DNA of 64,000 bases from Myxococcota bacterium (GCA_963674735.2 CAXXQS010000003.1:96001-160000); one strand, 5' to 3'; counted from the stretch's first letter, positions 1 to 10,224 are shown. A program made the numbers and translations. The notes: generated from the letters alone by a model not told the origin.

Positions 1-358
1 TTCCGATGGCGGCGCGGGCAGTAAAGAGTTGTGAAAAGCTTCGCGTATAGGCGCAGGAGGCGGTTGCCAAACTCCAGAGGACCGCCATCAGACCGATACT
101 GTTTTTTCGGCTCCAGCGGTCGATTAAAATAGAGACGGGAAAAGCAAAAAGCAGGATCGACCAATAAACGGCTGATACCAATGCTCCGCACTGGGTGTCG
201 GAAAGGCTCCATTCCGCCTTGATGAAAGGGAAGAGCGAAACGACAATCTGACGATCAATATAATCGAACATGTATAAGAGAAACAATAGCCCGAAAACAT
301 AGTAAGAGTAACCCTTGGAAACCAAATATCCATCTGGATTTCGGGAGTTTGTCGTCAT
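1..358 (-). CDS. MFS transporter, spinster-like (5' part; runs off window edge)
   Basis: Not in the ORF track; manual translation from ATG 358 gives MTTNSRNPDGYLVSKGYSYYVFGLLFLLYMFDYIDRQIVVSLFPFIKAEWSLSDTQCGALVSAVYWS...LIDRWSRKNSIGLMAVLWSLAT...ARAAIG, with the TM1 YIDR motif and MFS motif A (DRWSRK). Confidence 0.88.
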   Translation of the reverse strand, partial: MTTNSRNPDGYLVSKGYSYYVFGLLFLLYMFDYIDRQIVVSLFPFIKAEWSLSDTQCGALVSAVYWSILLFAFPVSILIDRWSRKNSIGLMAVLWSLATASCAYTRSFSQLFTARAAIG

Positions 359-493
359 ACTTCTTTATTCCTGCTCAAACGACGGATCAATTAACGAGTT
401 CAAGAGTAAAGCGAAAAAGTCTATCTGCAAGGCGACTCCCGGCATCCGGTTCTCCTCCTTTCGAAAAGGAGATCCGCTGTCCGTGGTTAGAAG

Positions 494-527
494 AAAAACG
501 GGGCGGCAAATGCCGCCCCGAGTTTTT
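494..527 (-). terminator. Intrinsic terminator after the TPP-enzyme gene
   Basis: Stem CGGGGCGGCA/TGCCGCCCCG flanked by A and T runs, just downstream of the stop at 536. Confidence 0.75.
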
Positions 528-535
528 GAGAATGA

Positions 536-2230
536 TTATTTTCCGTAAGCGCCGACGTTGGCCAAGGCAATCGAGCCCGGACTGACCGTGGTGGGATCGG
601 TCATTACGTTGATCATGGCCGGTTTTCCGGAGGCGAAAGCCTTTTCCATGGCGGGTTTGATGTCTTCGGGCTTTTCGACATAATAGCCTTCGCAACCGAG
701 GGCTTCGACCATCTTGTGGTAAGGAACTTCGCCGATCCAGGTGCCGTCGGGAATCGCATGACCCATGCGCAGTTCCTGGCTGTGGCGAATCATACCCCAG
801 CCGAGATCGTTGCTGACCACGACGACGATCGGCAGTTTTTTACGCAGGGCGGTCTCGAACTCCATGAAGTTGAATCCCAAAGATCCATCGCCGGTAATCA
901 GGCAGACACGGCTTTCAGGGTGGCGAAGTTTGGCCGCGTTGGCGAAAGGCAGCCCGACGCCCAAACAGCCATAAAGGCCGGAATCGAAGTAGTGGGCCGG
1001 TTTTTGTACGGTGCGAGTCATTCCCATCCAAACCTGGGTGTCGCCTCCATCCGCCACGACGATGTCATTCTCGTTCGACATGAAGTCGTTGACTTCTTTT
1101 GCCAGTCGCAGGGGATGGATGGGAATGTTGTTGCTTTCAAAGTTTTGCTTCTCGATGTCCTTGCCCATCTGGTCGGTTGCAACAAGCTGCTCGACCCAGG
1201 GCTGGAATTTGGTTTTGAAGCCTTCGGCAAGCTTCTTTTCCTCCACTTTGCGATTACAAGCAGCTAAAAGCCCTTGAATATCGGAGAAGATCGGCAGATC
1301 GACCGAACGGTTGCGACCGATCTCATCGGGTTGGATATCGACCTGTACGATTTTGGCATCCTGGCCGATCAGGTTGCCGAACATGTAGAACAAGCTCACG
1401 CGGTTGCCGAGGAAGATGACCAGGTCGGACATCGCCTGCGCCGTCAAAGACGCGCCCGGTCGGGTTGCGATCGAAGACTCGAAGCAAAGCGGATGTTTGT
1501 CGGACATCAAACCACGGCCTAAGCCCATGGTGAAGACCGGTAGGTTGCAGCTTTCGGAGAAGCGAGTCAGTTCGGCTCCGGCATCGGCGTACCAAGCTCC
1601 GTTTCCGGCCAGCAGAATCGGCTGGTTAGCGGATTCGATCAGCTCCAGCAGTTTGTCGGCTCCTTCGAGATCGACCGGATGTGAGTTCAACAGGGTGTTC
1701 GAGTTGTAAACAGAGCCTTCTTCTACGTTGGCATTGAGAACATCGACCGGTAATTCCAGGTAAACCGGGCCCGGACGTCCGGTGCAGGCGGTTCGGTATG
1801 CCATGTCGATAAATTCCGGAATACGTTCTGCCGTATGGCATACGTAAGCTTTTTTAACCATCGGTTCGATGATGGGCGCTTGCGGCATATCTTGCAGATC
1901 GAGCTTTTCGCATGCGCTCACACCCACGCAGCCCGATATGAGCAGCAGGGGCGAATTGGCTTGTTTGGCGTTGGCGACTCCGCTTAGGGCATTGGTGAAT
2001 CCAGGACCGGCGGTTACCATCGCAATGCCGGGTTTGCGAGTCATTCGCCCCCAAGCCTCAGCCATAAAAACCGCGGCCTGTTCGTGACGTGTATCGAAAA
2101 GACGAACACCCGTATCTTCAAGGAATTGATAGATGGGGGTAATGTGGCCACCACTTAGGGTAAAGATCGTTTCAACTTCTTTTTCAAGCAACGCTTTTGC
2201 TACCAACTGAGCGCCCATAACTGTCGTCAT
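536..2230 (-). CDS. Thiamine pyrophosphate-binding enzyme (acetolactate synthase-like; ILVBL/2-hydroxyacyl-CoA lyase/oxalyl-CoA decarboxylase group)
   Basis: FTLSGGHITPI, DTRHEQAA, TAGPG, GRPGPVYL and the GDG...N TPP motif (TGDGSLGF...SNDLGWG); AGGAGG before ATG 2230. Confidence 0.88.
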   Translation of the reverse strand: MTTVMGAQLVAKALLEKEVETIFTLSGGHITPIYQFLEDTGVRLFDTRHEQAAVFMAEAWGRMTRKPGIAMVTAGPGFTNALSGVANAKQANSPLLLISGCVGVSACEKLDLQDMPQAPIIEPMVKKAYVCHTAERIPEFIDMAYRTACTGRPGPVYLELPVDVLNANVEEGSVYNSNTLLNSHPVDLEGADKLLELIESANQPILLAGNGAWYADAGAELTRFSESCNLPVFTMGLGRGLMSDKHPLCFESSIATRPGASLTAQAMSDLVIFLGNRVSLFYMFGNLIGQDAKIVQVDIQPDEIGRNRSVDLPIFSDIQGLLAACNRKVEEKKLAEGFKTKFQPWVEQLVATDQMGKDIEKQNFESNNIPIHPLRLAKEVNDFMSNENDIVVADGGDTQVWMGMTRTVQKPAHYFDSGLYGCLGVGLPFANAAKLRHPESRVCLITGDGSLGFNFMEFETALRKKLPIVVVVSNDLGWGMIRHSQELRMGHAIPDGTWIGEVPYHKMVEALGCEGYYVEKPEDIKPAMEKAFASGKPAMINVMTDPTTVSPGSIALANVGAYGK

Positions 2231-2545
2231 AGCCAACCTCCTGCTATTCGAAAATGATTGATTAACCTTATAAACCGTGAGGATCAGCATTTCAAGTAAA
2301 TATCCGAATTTGCAAAATCGTTTTACGAAATTGACAACCCAAAATATTTGCGATAGATTGACTTCCGTATCAGGTTTTGCGTCACGTTTCGATGAAATAA
2401 ATTCGGCTCACAGCGGTTGTATGAATTCTAGCCAAGGTGGCGGTTTGCACCCGCGTATTCGATAAATGCTTATAGCGGTGCGCGACGGGTCTATTTGGAT
2501 CTGCCGTGTTTTTTTAAGTCCCTACAAGTGTCAAGAGGAGTCGGT

Positions 2546-5038
2546 ATGCAGTGGCGAATAATGGGGGGGGTCGTTTTTTTATTTGTGCTTGTTTGCGGGA
2601 TAAATGCTTGTGAGGAAACACAGAAGCCGCCCACTGCTCATACCATCGTGTTGAAGGGAAGCGCGTATGACCGCGGATTCGAACATGGCAAAACCTTCAG
2701 CAGTCATATCCACTCCATCTATACGCGCTTGCTTACTTCCTCAATAATTCCTTACCTCAATCGCGAGCAGATGAACATTGCACCCATCCTTAACAAGTAC
2801 AAGGAAGTGCAATTTCTCGATGGCCGCTTCTCCTATCAAATGATGTTGGAGAGCGGCAAACTTATGTATGATTACTACATCCCTGATGAATATCGCGAAG
2901 AGATGCGGGGTATTGCCGATGGCTCGGGCCTCAGCCTGGATGAAGTCATCGTGCTGAATACCTTCTACGATACCATGATGGGCTTTCGTGCTGTGGTGAC
3001 TTTTATCCAGAACATTCAAGAGCCGGTGATCCGGAATCTTGAGGTGACCAATGCGGCCGATACGGATACCATCGACAATAATGGTGATGGCCAAGTGGAC
3101 GAAGCCGATGAGTGGTTAGTTGAACCTTATTTGCCTTCACCCTATGCGACGCTCGTGGAAGTACCCCTTGATGCCGAATTCCGGTTTTTGTTAGACGATC
3201 CGCGTCTAGGCGGCATGACGTACATCGACCCGCGCAACACGGAACCGTTTGGTGAGATGGTTTTCGGAGCAGACTGTATCGACGAAACTTGTCTCAGCCC
3301 GGAATGCAGTAAGCAATCCGGCTATCCTCTCGAATGCCTGGATCCACGTTATCGCGAAGAGGGATGCTATTCTGACGTTTGCTTCGATAATGATTGCGCG
3401 CCCAGGGAAGTGATTCCGGACTGTTATGACGGTCGCTGCCTGAAACGCGAGAAAGACGACTGTGCGTATCTAAGCCATGATTCCGACTGTTACCAGTCAG
3501 GTTGTATGTCGGAGGAATGCATTCCACATATTGTGGAGCCCGACTGTTACTCAGAGGCGTGCTTTGCCGATCAATGCATGCCTTTACGTGATCAGATCGT
3601 TTTGTACCCGCGCCTCAATATCAGTTGTCTTAAAGAATCATGCGTTCAGAATTCGGATCCGGGTTGCGTGAATAAGGATTCGATTCGAATCCGGGTCGAC
3701 CAGACGCAATATACCATCGCCGACGGATCCATTACTACGCGACAACTCGAAGAAGAGCAGGAAGGTGGGCTGATCGATTCCTCGGGCTCGGAATGTAAAG
3801 GGCCTTTGGAGGTGATTTTCCGGCCACCGGGTGGGCTGCCGCCTGCGGCTGAAGTGACCCTCCTTATCCAGGCCAGCGACATGTCGCCCATTTATAGCCC
3901 GGAGCCGTATCACAATCGCAATATGCGTGATGAACGTATTGTCATTACCACCAAAGGCTATGCCGAAAAATACGGTAAAGGCCAGGTTCCCCGCGAAATC
4001 GGAAATCGCGGCGTTTCCGATTCGTCCATGATGCCGCCCTCTATCAGCTTTGCGGCGCGTGGTTCGGCCACCCCCGATGGCGACCCGATTTTAGCCCACC
4101 ATTTTTCCTTGCTCGACAATGACATGATGCATGAGCATTCGTTGCTGCAGATCCATGTTCCGGAAAACGGCACTCCCCATGCCTTTTTAGGGTGGACGGG
4201 GTTGGTGTGGGGCTTCTCGGGTATGAATTCAGAAGGACTGGCTTATGCCGTCAATAACTCCGATTCGCTTGATAATCCACTGGTGGGTCGTACCCTTGAC
4301 GCCATCTTCGAGAATATCGGAGATCTGATCGCCGATCCGAATCTGGAGGGTCTGGCCGAAGCCTTGCAATCGGTAAGACTTCTCGCTTCGGGTACTGCGA
4401 TTGGCTTTGCTGCGCGTGAATTGTTGCAGAACAAAACAACGGTAGATGAGGGCATTCACTATTTGCATAGCATCGCGCACACTTACGGCTGGAACGTTTT
4501 ACTAGCCGATGCCGAGGGAGGGCTTGCTGCCGTTGAAATCGATGCCGGTACGCAGTCCACAACACCCTATGATCCGGACGTGCTCGGCGAACGCGACGGA
4601 TTTTACTATTACACCCCCGACGACAGCAATCCCCAGAATCTCGATGCGCAAGGACAACGTTGGAGTAGCGTCGGACCCGACGACCTGCGCATGGCCAGCC
4701 ACTATCGGAAGAATATTGAGGATATGGAAGAGATTCCTTTGATGCAAATATTCTCTCCGCGCCAGCAATACAAATGGACGGGCTTCTACTTCCGCTCCCT
4801 TCGTTCATACTACATTCTAGGCGATCGCATCGAAGAGAAGTTGGGGTCGATAGATGTTTCAACCGCCATCGATATTCTGCGCACACCGGAATTGGTCGAC
4901 ACGCGTGACTCGATGAGTTCGGTGGTTTTCGAACCGGCCAAGAAGCGTTTTCATTGGGCCATGGGTGATGTGCCGGCGACAGGCCTTCCATATGAACCCT
5001 TCGACTTTAGTACCGACATGGAAGGGGGGACGCCATGA
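2546..5038 (+). CDS. Putative lipoprotein, peptidase C45/Ntn-hydrolase-like, with a large Cys-rich insertion
   Basis: Lipobox-like INAC; LKGSAYDRGFEHG and EEMRGIADGSGLSLDEVIVLN (C45 alpha part); SISFAARGSATPDG, GWTGLVWGFSGMNSEGL and YGWNVLLAD (beta part); GAGGAG before ATG 2546. Confidence 0.75.
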   Translation: MQWRIMGGVVFLFVLVCGINACEETQKPPTAHTIVLKGSAYDRGFEHGKTFSSHIHSIYTRLLTSSIIPYLNREQMNIAPILNKYKEVQFLDGRFSYQMMLESGKLMYDYYIPDEYREEMRGIADGSGLSLDEVIVLNTFYDTMMGFRAVVTFIQNIQEPVIRNLEVTNAADTDTIDNNGDGQVDEADEWLVEPYLPSPYATLVEVPLDAEFRFLLDDPRLGGMTYIDPRNTEPFGEMVFGADCIDETCLSPECSKQSGYPLECLDPRYREEGCYSDVCFDNDCAPREVIPDCYDGRCLKREKDDCAYLSHDSDCYQSGCMSEECIPHIVEPDCYSEACFADQCMPLRDQIVLYPRLNISCLKESCVQNSDPGCVNKDSIRIRVDQTQYTIADGSITTRQLEEEQEGGLIDSSGSECKGPLEVIFRPPGGLPPAAEVTLLIQASDMSPIYSPEPYHNRNMRDERIVITTKGYAEKYGKGQVPREIGNRGVSDSSMMPPSISFAARGSATPDGDPILAHHFSLLDNDMMHEHSLLQIHVPENGTPHAFLGWTGLVWGFSGMNSEGLAYAVNNSDSLDNPLVGRTLDAIFENIGDLIADPNLEGLAEALQSVRLLASGTAIGFAARELLQNKTTVDEGIHYLHSIAHTYGWNVLLADAEGGLAAVEIDAGTQSTTPYDPDVLGERDGFYYYTPDDSNPQNLDAQGQRWSSVGPDDLRMASHYRKNIEDMEEIPLMQIFSPRQQYKWTGFYFRSLRSYYILGDRIEEKLGSIDVSTAIDILRTPELVDTRDSMSSVVFEPAKKRFHWAMGDVPATGLPYEPFDFSTDMEGGTP

Positions 5039-6276
5039 CCGGGAGAAGAAACAACAAATCTTTGAATGTTCGGGCGTTTTGGCTTGCCTTGGTCTTCTGT
5101 CTCCTATGGTCGCCGCAACTGATGGCGGGGTTCACCGAAACCCTGCCCATGAGCACCTTTTTGATCGATGAAGCTTTCACGATCAGTTGGGTCGATAAAC
5201 GCTGGGATAACAACGGCGACGGTGCTGCGTTGGTGGATTCCGTCGAACGCTTCGAGCCGGGAGGCGGTAGACAAGGGGAAATCATTCCCGAACCCAAGGC
5301 GACCTATATGGTTCTCATCAACCGTTTGCAATACGGTATTCTGGATGATCTCACCTTTGGTATTGGGATACCGGTTGTGATCGCGACGGATGTCGATCCC
5401 AACATCAAATGGGAAACGGGTGATTACCAAAGGCAGATCGGGCGCTCCTACAGCGAGGATGACTTCTGGGCCTGGGCCGAGAGCATGGGGCAGCCGCGCA
5501 TTGACTCATGGAGCGGTAACAAAGGGGAGTTGTCCGATATCGTTTTAGGCTTGCGTTTTCGCTGGACGCACCGAATTCCGGTGTTCAAGGAGATCGGCCT
5601 GCAAAGTGCCTTGTCCGTCCTCGGCGTCATTCCCACCGGTAAACATGCCGATCCCGAAGAACTGGTTGCGGTAGGCACCACCATGTGGGATCTGAATTTC
5701 CAGGGTGATCTGGCTTTCCATCTCTCGTTCGACAAATCCTTCGAGGAAGAACTGGATGGACGTCTGCAGATCGGGTTGGACCTTTTTTACGAAACATTCT
5801 TCGACCGTGAGCTTACATCTGCGACCGGTGAGAAAAATCCCTTGATGCGAAATTTCGCTCCGTATATCGGGGAAAACTACACAGTCAATCCCGGTGACTT
5901 CAGCGGCTTCGGTGTGATGATCGATACGGTTCCCTACAAAGGGCCCGCCTGGGCAACTTGGTTAGTGGGGCATGATCCCGAGAAAGCGAAAGCGTTACCC
6001 CCGATTCTCACTTTGTCGGTCGGGTATACGTTCGTACATCTGCAACAATCGGACTGGAGCTCTGAATTTCCCCTCTGGGACTACGATCAAGAGGAACTGT
6101 GGAAACCCGGCTATAAAAACATTCTTTCCGCACAAGTGATGGTCAGCTTCCTGCGGTTGGGTGTGCCGCTACGTGTTTACGTGCAACACCGTAGCCTCTC
6201 GTTGATTCCGGGGAAAAACGCGCGGGCTCCGGAAGTTTTGACTACGGGGATCCAGATTCCGCTGAAGTTCTGGTAG
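5035..6276 (+). CDS. Putative outer-membrane beta-barrel protein
   Basis: Signal peptide, alternating beta-strand patterns (LSDIVLGLRFRW, ILTLSVGYTF), C-terminal aromatic residues (GIQIPLKFW); ATGA overlap with the upstream gene. Confidence 0.65.
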   Translation: MTGRRNNKSLNVRAFWLALVFCLLWSPQLMAGFTETLPMSTFLIDEAFTISWVDKRWDNNGDGAALVDSVERFEPGGGRQGEIIPEPKATYMVLINRLQYGILDDLTFGIGIPVVIATDVDPNIKWETGDYQRQIGRSYSEDDFWAWAESMGQPRIDSWSGNKGELSDIVLGLRFRWTHRIPVFKEIGLQSALSVLGVIPTGKHADPEELVAVGTTMWDLNFQGDLAFHLSFDKSFEEELDGRLQIGLDLFYETFFDRELTSATGEKNPLMRNFAPYIGENYTVNPGDFSGFGVMIDTVPYKGPAWATWLVGHDPEKAKALPPILTLSVGYTFVHLQQSDWSSEFPLWDYDQEELWKPGYKNILSAQVMVSFLRLGVPLRVYVQHRSLSLIPGKNARAPEVLTTGIQIPLKFW

Positions 6277-6302
6277 CCGGTTCGCGCGGGACGGGTTTTG
6301 AG

Positions 6303-6343
6303 AAAAAAACCGCCGAAACCTGTGAGGGTAACGGCGGTTTTTC
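6303..6343. terminator. Bidirectional intrinsic terminator
   Basis: AAAAACCGCCG...CGGCGGTTTTT between convergent genes. Confidence 0.65.
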
Positions 6344-6412
6344 TGTCTTGTACAACCAGTAGAAGGGTGAGGAGTCGACTTTTACCGTGGAAATCCTCCT
6401 CTAGGCCAATTG

Positions 6413-7399
6413 TCAGTTGATATGGCCGTATGTACGCAAGCTGGCAATACTCTCTTTGATTCCGATGTGTGTGGGAGTTTGAGGCATGCCAAGCTCTTGT
6501 ATCGCTTTCTGAGGGCTGTAGTAGGTGCCGCATAGCGACAGCTTTGCCATGGTATAATTCAGGGCAACCGGTTTGTGCGTAATGGCGTGTACTACCGACC
6601 CTACGGCTCCGGCGGCTAAAAGAGCCGCTTTTGGGAGAATGCGTTTGGGGGGTTCGATTCCTGCTTGACGTGCCACCTCCGAGAAAAAGTCGAGGTAAGT
6701 CATGTTTGTGCCGCCGCCGATGTAGCATTCACCGGCGCGACCTTTTTCTACGGCCGCCACCAAGGCGTCGGCAACATCGGGGGCATAGGCGAAATTACGT
6801 CCTCCTGGAGAGGTAACGCTCATTTTTTTCGAAATAAACTGGCGCAGCAACTCACCAGAGCTGGGTCGGAAATCCAGATTGCCGAGCATGAACGTCGGCG
6901 AGACCGTCGTGGCTTCGAGGCCGTCTTCGCGCACCGCTTTGAGGACTTCCTGCATGGCGGCATATTTGGATTCCATATATGGAACCTCTCGATAAGCCTG
7001 TGGGAAGGGGGCGGTTTCGTTTGCTGGACTATCCATGGTGCCATACTGATAGGAACTGGCAGAACCAACGAAAACGAGTTTGTCGACCCCGGCTTTTTTG
7101 ATGGCTTCCAGCACGTGCAGGGTGCCGTCGTAGTTGACTTTCCAGGTAATATCCTTAGGCGCCCAGAAGTTGGTGATGGCGGCGACATGAAAAACAACCT
7201 GACAATCCTGCATGGCTTTCGCTAGAAACTCCGGTCCATCCAGCAAATCGCCATCCATTTTCTCGATAGGTAGATCATCCAGGGTTGGGGAGTCGCTGTT
7301 GGGCTGTACCAACACCCGGACGTTGTATGACGCATTGAGAAGCTTTCTTACCAAATGACTTCCCAGAAGTCCGTCACCACCGATAATAAGCGCGCGCAT
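6413..7399 (-). CDS. Extended SDR, NAD-dependent epimerase/dehydratase (HpnA/dihydroflavonol reductase/3-beta-HSD-like)
   Basis: GGDGLLG Rossmann motif, VFHVAA, YMESK (YxxxK), DVADA. Confidence 0.88.
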   Translation of the reverse strand: MRALIIGGDGLLGSHLVRKLLNASYNVRVLVQPNSDSPTLDDLPIEKMDGDLLDGPEFLAKAMQDCQVVFHVAAITNFWAPKDITWKVNYDGTLHVLEAIKKAGVDKLVFVGSASSYQYGTMDSPANETAPFPQAYREVPYMESKYAAMQEVLKAVREDGLEATTVSPTFMLGNLDFRPSSGELLRQFISKKMSVTSPGGRNFAYAPDVADALVAAVEKGRAGECYIGGGTNMTYLDFFSEVARQAGIEPPKRILPKAALLAAGAVGSVVHAITHKPVALNYTMAKLSLCGTYYSPQKAIQELGMPQTPTHIGIKESIASLRTYGHIN

Positions 7400-7616
7400 C
7401 TCTTCTCCTTCCATCAGCCCAAGTGATTCGTTACCTCAAATTCGATGATAAATTTCTGCAGGGGTCGCAAATTCTGAGTGAGACCGAAAGCATCATAGCG
7501 CACAAGGTTTGAATTGCAAAATTCTTATGCTCAAACCACTCGTCCTTGATTGGACAAAGTATATATAGTAAGGTAAATAGTTATATTCTCGATGATTAAT
7601 CGCGAGGTTGTATCCC

Positions 7617-10112
7617 ATGAGCATTCATCCGGTCAACGCACGTTTGAAGGATTTGATCCTGACTGCGCCCTACGAAATTTGTATCGAACGTGCACGCTAC
7701 GTGACGGAGTCTTATCGCCGTCATGAGGGTCAAGCCGCGGCTATGAAAGCGGCGTACGCCTTTTCCAATACTTTATCCCAAATGAGTGTGTATCTGCTTG
7801 ATGACGAACTCGTGATCGGAAATCGTTCGAGCAAATTGGTGGGCTCGGTTATTCCAATCGAGCGCGGTGACATCAATACGGTGCTCGATCTTGAACTTGA
7901 CCGGCTAACCCGCCGTGAGCGTCAGCCCTACCACATCGATGCCGCAGACCGGCTGGAGTTGCAGGAGGATATCCTGCCCTACTGGCGTGGGAAAACCTTG
8001 CGCGATCATAAAAACACCTTGTGGAAAGCAAACGACCTGGTGATGCGTCCGGCCTTCAATCCGGTAAGTCTTTTTCGGCGATGGCGCAGCTTGGACATTG
8101 GTCGAATGAAGGATATTCTGGCTGTGCCGAATCCGACACCACGCTATATGATGCGGGGGCTGCGGGAGTTGTTTTACAATAACCCGGCTTTTATCATGAA
8201 CGTCTTCGACGTACAGGGCCATCTTATCGTTGGCCATAAGCATGTGTTAAGCAAGGGTTTTTCCGGTATCGAAGCCGAAACGGCCGAGCGGCTGGTTCGG
8301 GCGCGCCGGGAACGTGATTCGGAGGGGATCGCGTTTTGCGAAGCGGTGATGATCTCTTGCCGAGCCGTCAAACATTTCGGAGAACGACTGGCTAACGAGG
8401 CGGAACGTGAGGCCCGGAACAGTTCCGACGAGAATCGCCGGCGTGAACTCTTGGCCATGGCGAAGCGCTGCCGCAAGGTGCCGTATCAACCTCCGGAAAC
8501 CTTCCATGAAGCCGTTCAGGCACTGTGGTTGACGCAGGTGGGGGCTTTGGTGGCTCACGGTATGCCCGCCATTTTCGCCATCGGACGCTTCGACCAATAC
8601 CTTGAGCCGTTCTACCGGCAGGACAAAGCCGCCGGGCGTTTGACCGATGCACATGCCCTGCGTTTGTTGGAAGAACTGCTTGTCAAGCTGAGCAGCAATC
8701 TATTGCTTATACCTTTTGCTGGAAAGGCGACGGGAAACGAGTTGGGGGCCGACAGTTGCGTGCCGACCATCGGGGGCGTGACGCCGGAGGGAGAGGATGC
8801 CGTCAACGATTTATCCTATCTGATCCTCGATGCTTATCGGAACGTGCGGTCTATGGGAAATAGTTTCAGCATCCGTTTGTCCGATAAAACACCAGAGCGT
8901 TTTTGGCGAAAAACGATGGCGACTTATCGCGAAACGTCCGGCGCGGCGTTGTTTTATGACGAAAAGACCATCGGGGCTCTTGAAAACTGTGGTGTCAGCG
9001 AAGCCGATGCCCGCGACTACGGGATTATCGGTTGCGTGGAACCCACCAGCGATGGCAATACCTTTGGGTGTACATCCGGGAATGATATTTCCTTCAACGC
9101 AGCGCTGGAAATGGCGTTGCATGATGGTGTTCTGCATATCATGGGACGGCGTGTCGGGCTCTCTACCGGCGACCCGTCCAGTTTTCGTTCTTTCGAGGAA
9201 TTGTTCAACGTCTTTAAACGGCAAGTCGAATTTATGGTCGACTTTGTGGCGCGCGCGGTAAATCTGAAGGATCAGGCCTATCGCGATCACCTCCCGTGTC
9301 CCTTCGTGTCGGCGACCTTGCGGGGCTGCGTCGAAAACGGACGCGATATGACGGCGGGAGGGGCGGATTACAATTTCAGTTCCATCAGCGCTCGTGGATT
9401 GGGGACGGTGGTCGACTCACTGTGTGCCATTCGTCAAGCGGTGTTTGAAGATGACTATGTGAGTCTGACGCGGCTGGTGCGTGCGATGGACCACAACTAC
9501 TCGGATGAAGAGGTTTTACAAGCCTACCTGAAAAATCGCTGTCCGGTATATGGCTCGGACGACAACCGTGCCGATGTTTTGGCGCAGGAAATCGTCGAAC
9601 ACTTCTGCAAGACGGTTTTGGCACAGTCCACCGTTCGGGGAGGATGTTTCCGTCCGGGATTTTTCTCTTATGGGATGCATGTTTTGGAAGGTCTGTTCCT
9701 TGGAGCCTCGGCGAATGGTCGTCTGGCGGGCGAGCCGGTCAGCAACAGCTTTTCGCCGGCCAACGGTTCCGAGCGTAACGGTCCCACGGCCGTGATGCGT
9801 TCCGTCGGGAAAAACGATCATACGCTTATCTCGAATGGCTGTGCCCTGAATATCAAGCTTTCCCCGGCGATGTTCGAAGGCGAGGAACGCCTCGATAAAA
9901 TGGTGGCTTTGGTTAAGGGCTATTTTAAACAGGGTGGAATGGAATTATCGCCGAATGTGATTTCGAGCGATACGCTGCGTGCCGCCCAAAAAGATCCCGA
10001 GGCCTATCGTGATTTGGTGGTGCGTGTCTCGGGCTATTCGGCGCTTTTTGCCGATTTAGGTAAACCGTTACAGGATGAAATCATCCAGCGCACCGAATTC
10101 GGACATCTCTAA
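7617..10112 (+). CDS. Glycyl radical enzyme (PFL2/dehydratase-eliminase type), substrate unknown
   Basis: ICIERA, GRFDQYL, Cys loop IIGCVEP, glycyl-radical motif LVVRVSGYSALF, DEIIQRT; about 830 aa. Confidence 0.93.
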   Translation: MSIHPVNARLKDLILTAPYEICIERARYVTESYRRHEGQAAAMKAAYAFSNTLSQMSVYLLDDELVIGNRSSKLVGSVIPIERGDINTVLDLELDRLTRRERQPYHIDAADRLELQEDILPYWRGKTLRDHKNTLWKANDLVMRPAFNPVSLFRRWRSLDIGRMKDILAVPNPTPRYMMRGLRELFYNNPAFIMNVFDVQGHLIVGHKHVLSKGFSGIEAETAERLVRARRERDSEGIAFCEAVMISCRAVKHFGERLANEAEREARNSSDENRRRELLAMAKRCRKVPYQPPETFHEAVQALWLTQVGALVAHGMPAIFAIGRFDQYLEPFYRQDKAAGRLTDAHALRLLEELLVKLSSNLLLIPFAGKATGNELGADSCVPTIGGVTPEGEDAVNDLSYLILDAYRNVRSMGNSFSIRLSDKTPERFWRKTMATYRETSGAALFYDEKTIGALENCGVSEADARDYGIIGCVEPTSDGNTFGCTSGNDISFNAALEMALHDGVLHIMGRRVGLSTGDPSSFRSFEELFNVFKRQVEFMVDFVARAVNLKDQAYRDHLPCPFVSATLRGCVENGRDMTAGGADYNFSSISARGLGTVVDSLCAIRQAVFEDDYVSLTRLVRAMDHNYSDEEVLQAYLKNRCPVYGSDDNRADVLAQEIVEHFCKTVLAQSTVRGGCFRPGFFSYGMHVLEGLFLGASANGRLAGEPVSNSFSPANGSERNGPTAVMRSVGKNDHTLISNGCALNIKLSPAMFEGEERLDKMVALVKGYFKQGGMELSPNVISSDTLRAAQKDPEAYRDLVVRVSGYSALFADLGKPLQDEIIQRTEFGHL

Positions 10113-10224
10113 GTCGATGATTCCATTTTTCGCGAAATTCTCATGGAAAAGCATATAAGTTTAAGCTAAAAACGCATATTGAATGCTTCCAGAGTGCTGT
10201 GGCTTGAGCCGGAGGGGATGCGCA

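Noticed and set aside
2308-2330. Possible Rex operator TTTGCAAAATCGTTTTACGAAA
   Set aside because: Poor match to TTGTGAA-N4-TTCACAA; may be a chance AT-rich palindrome.
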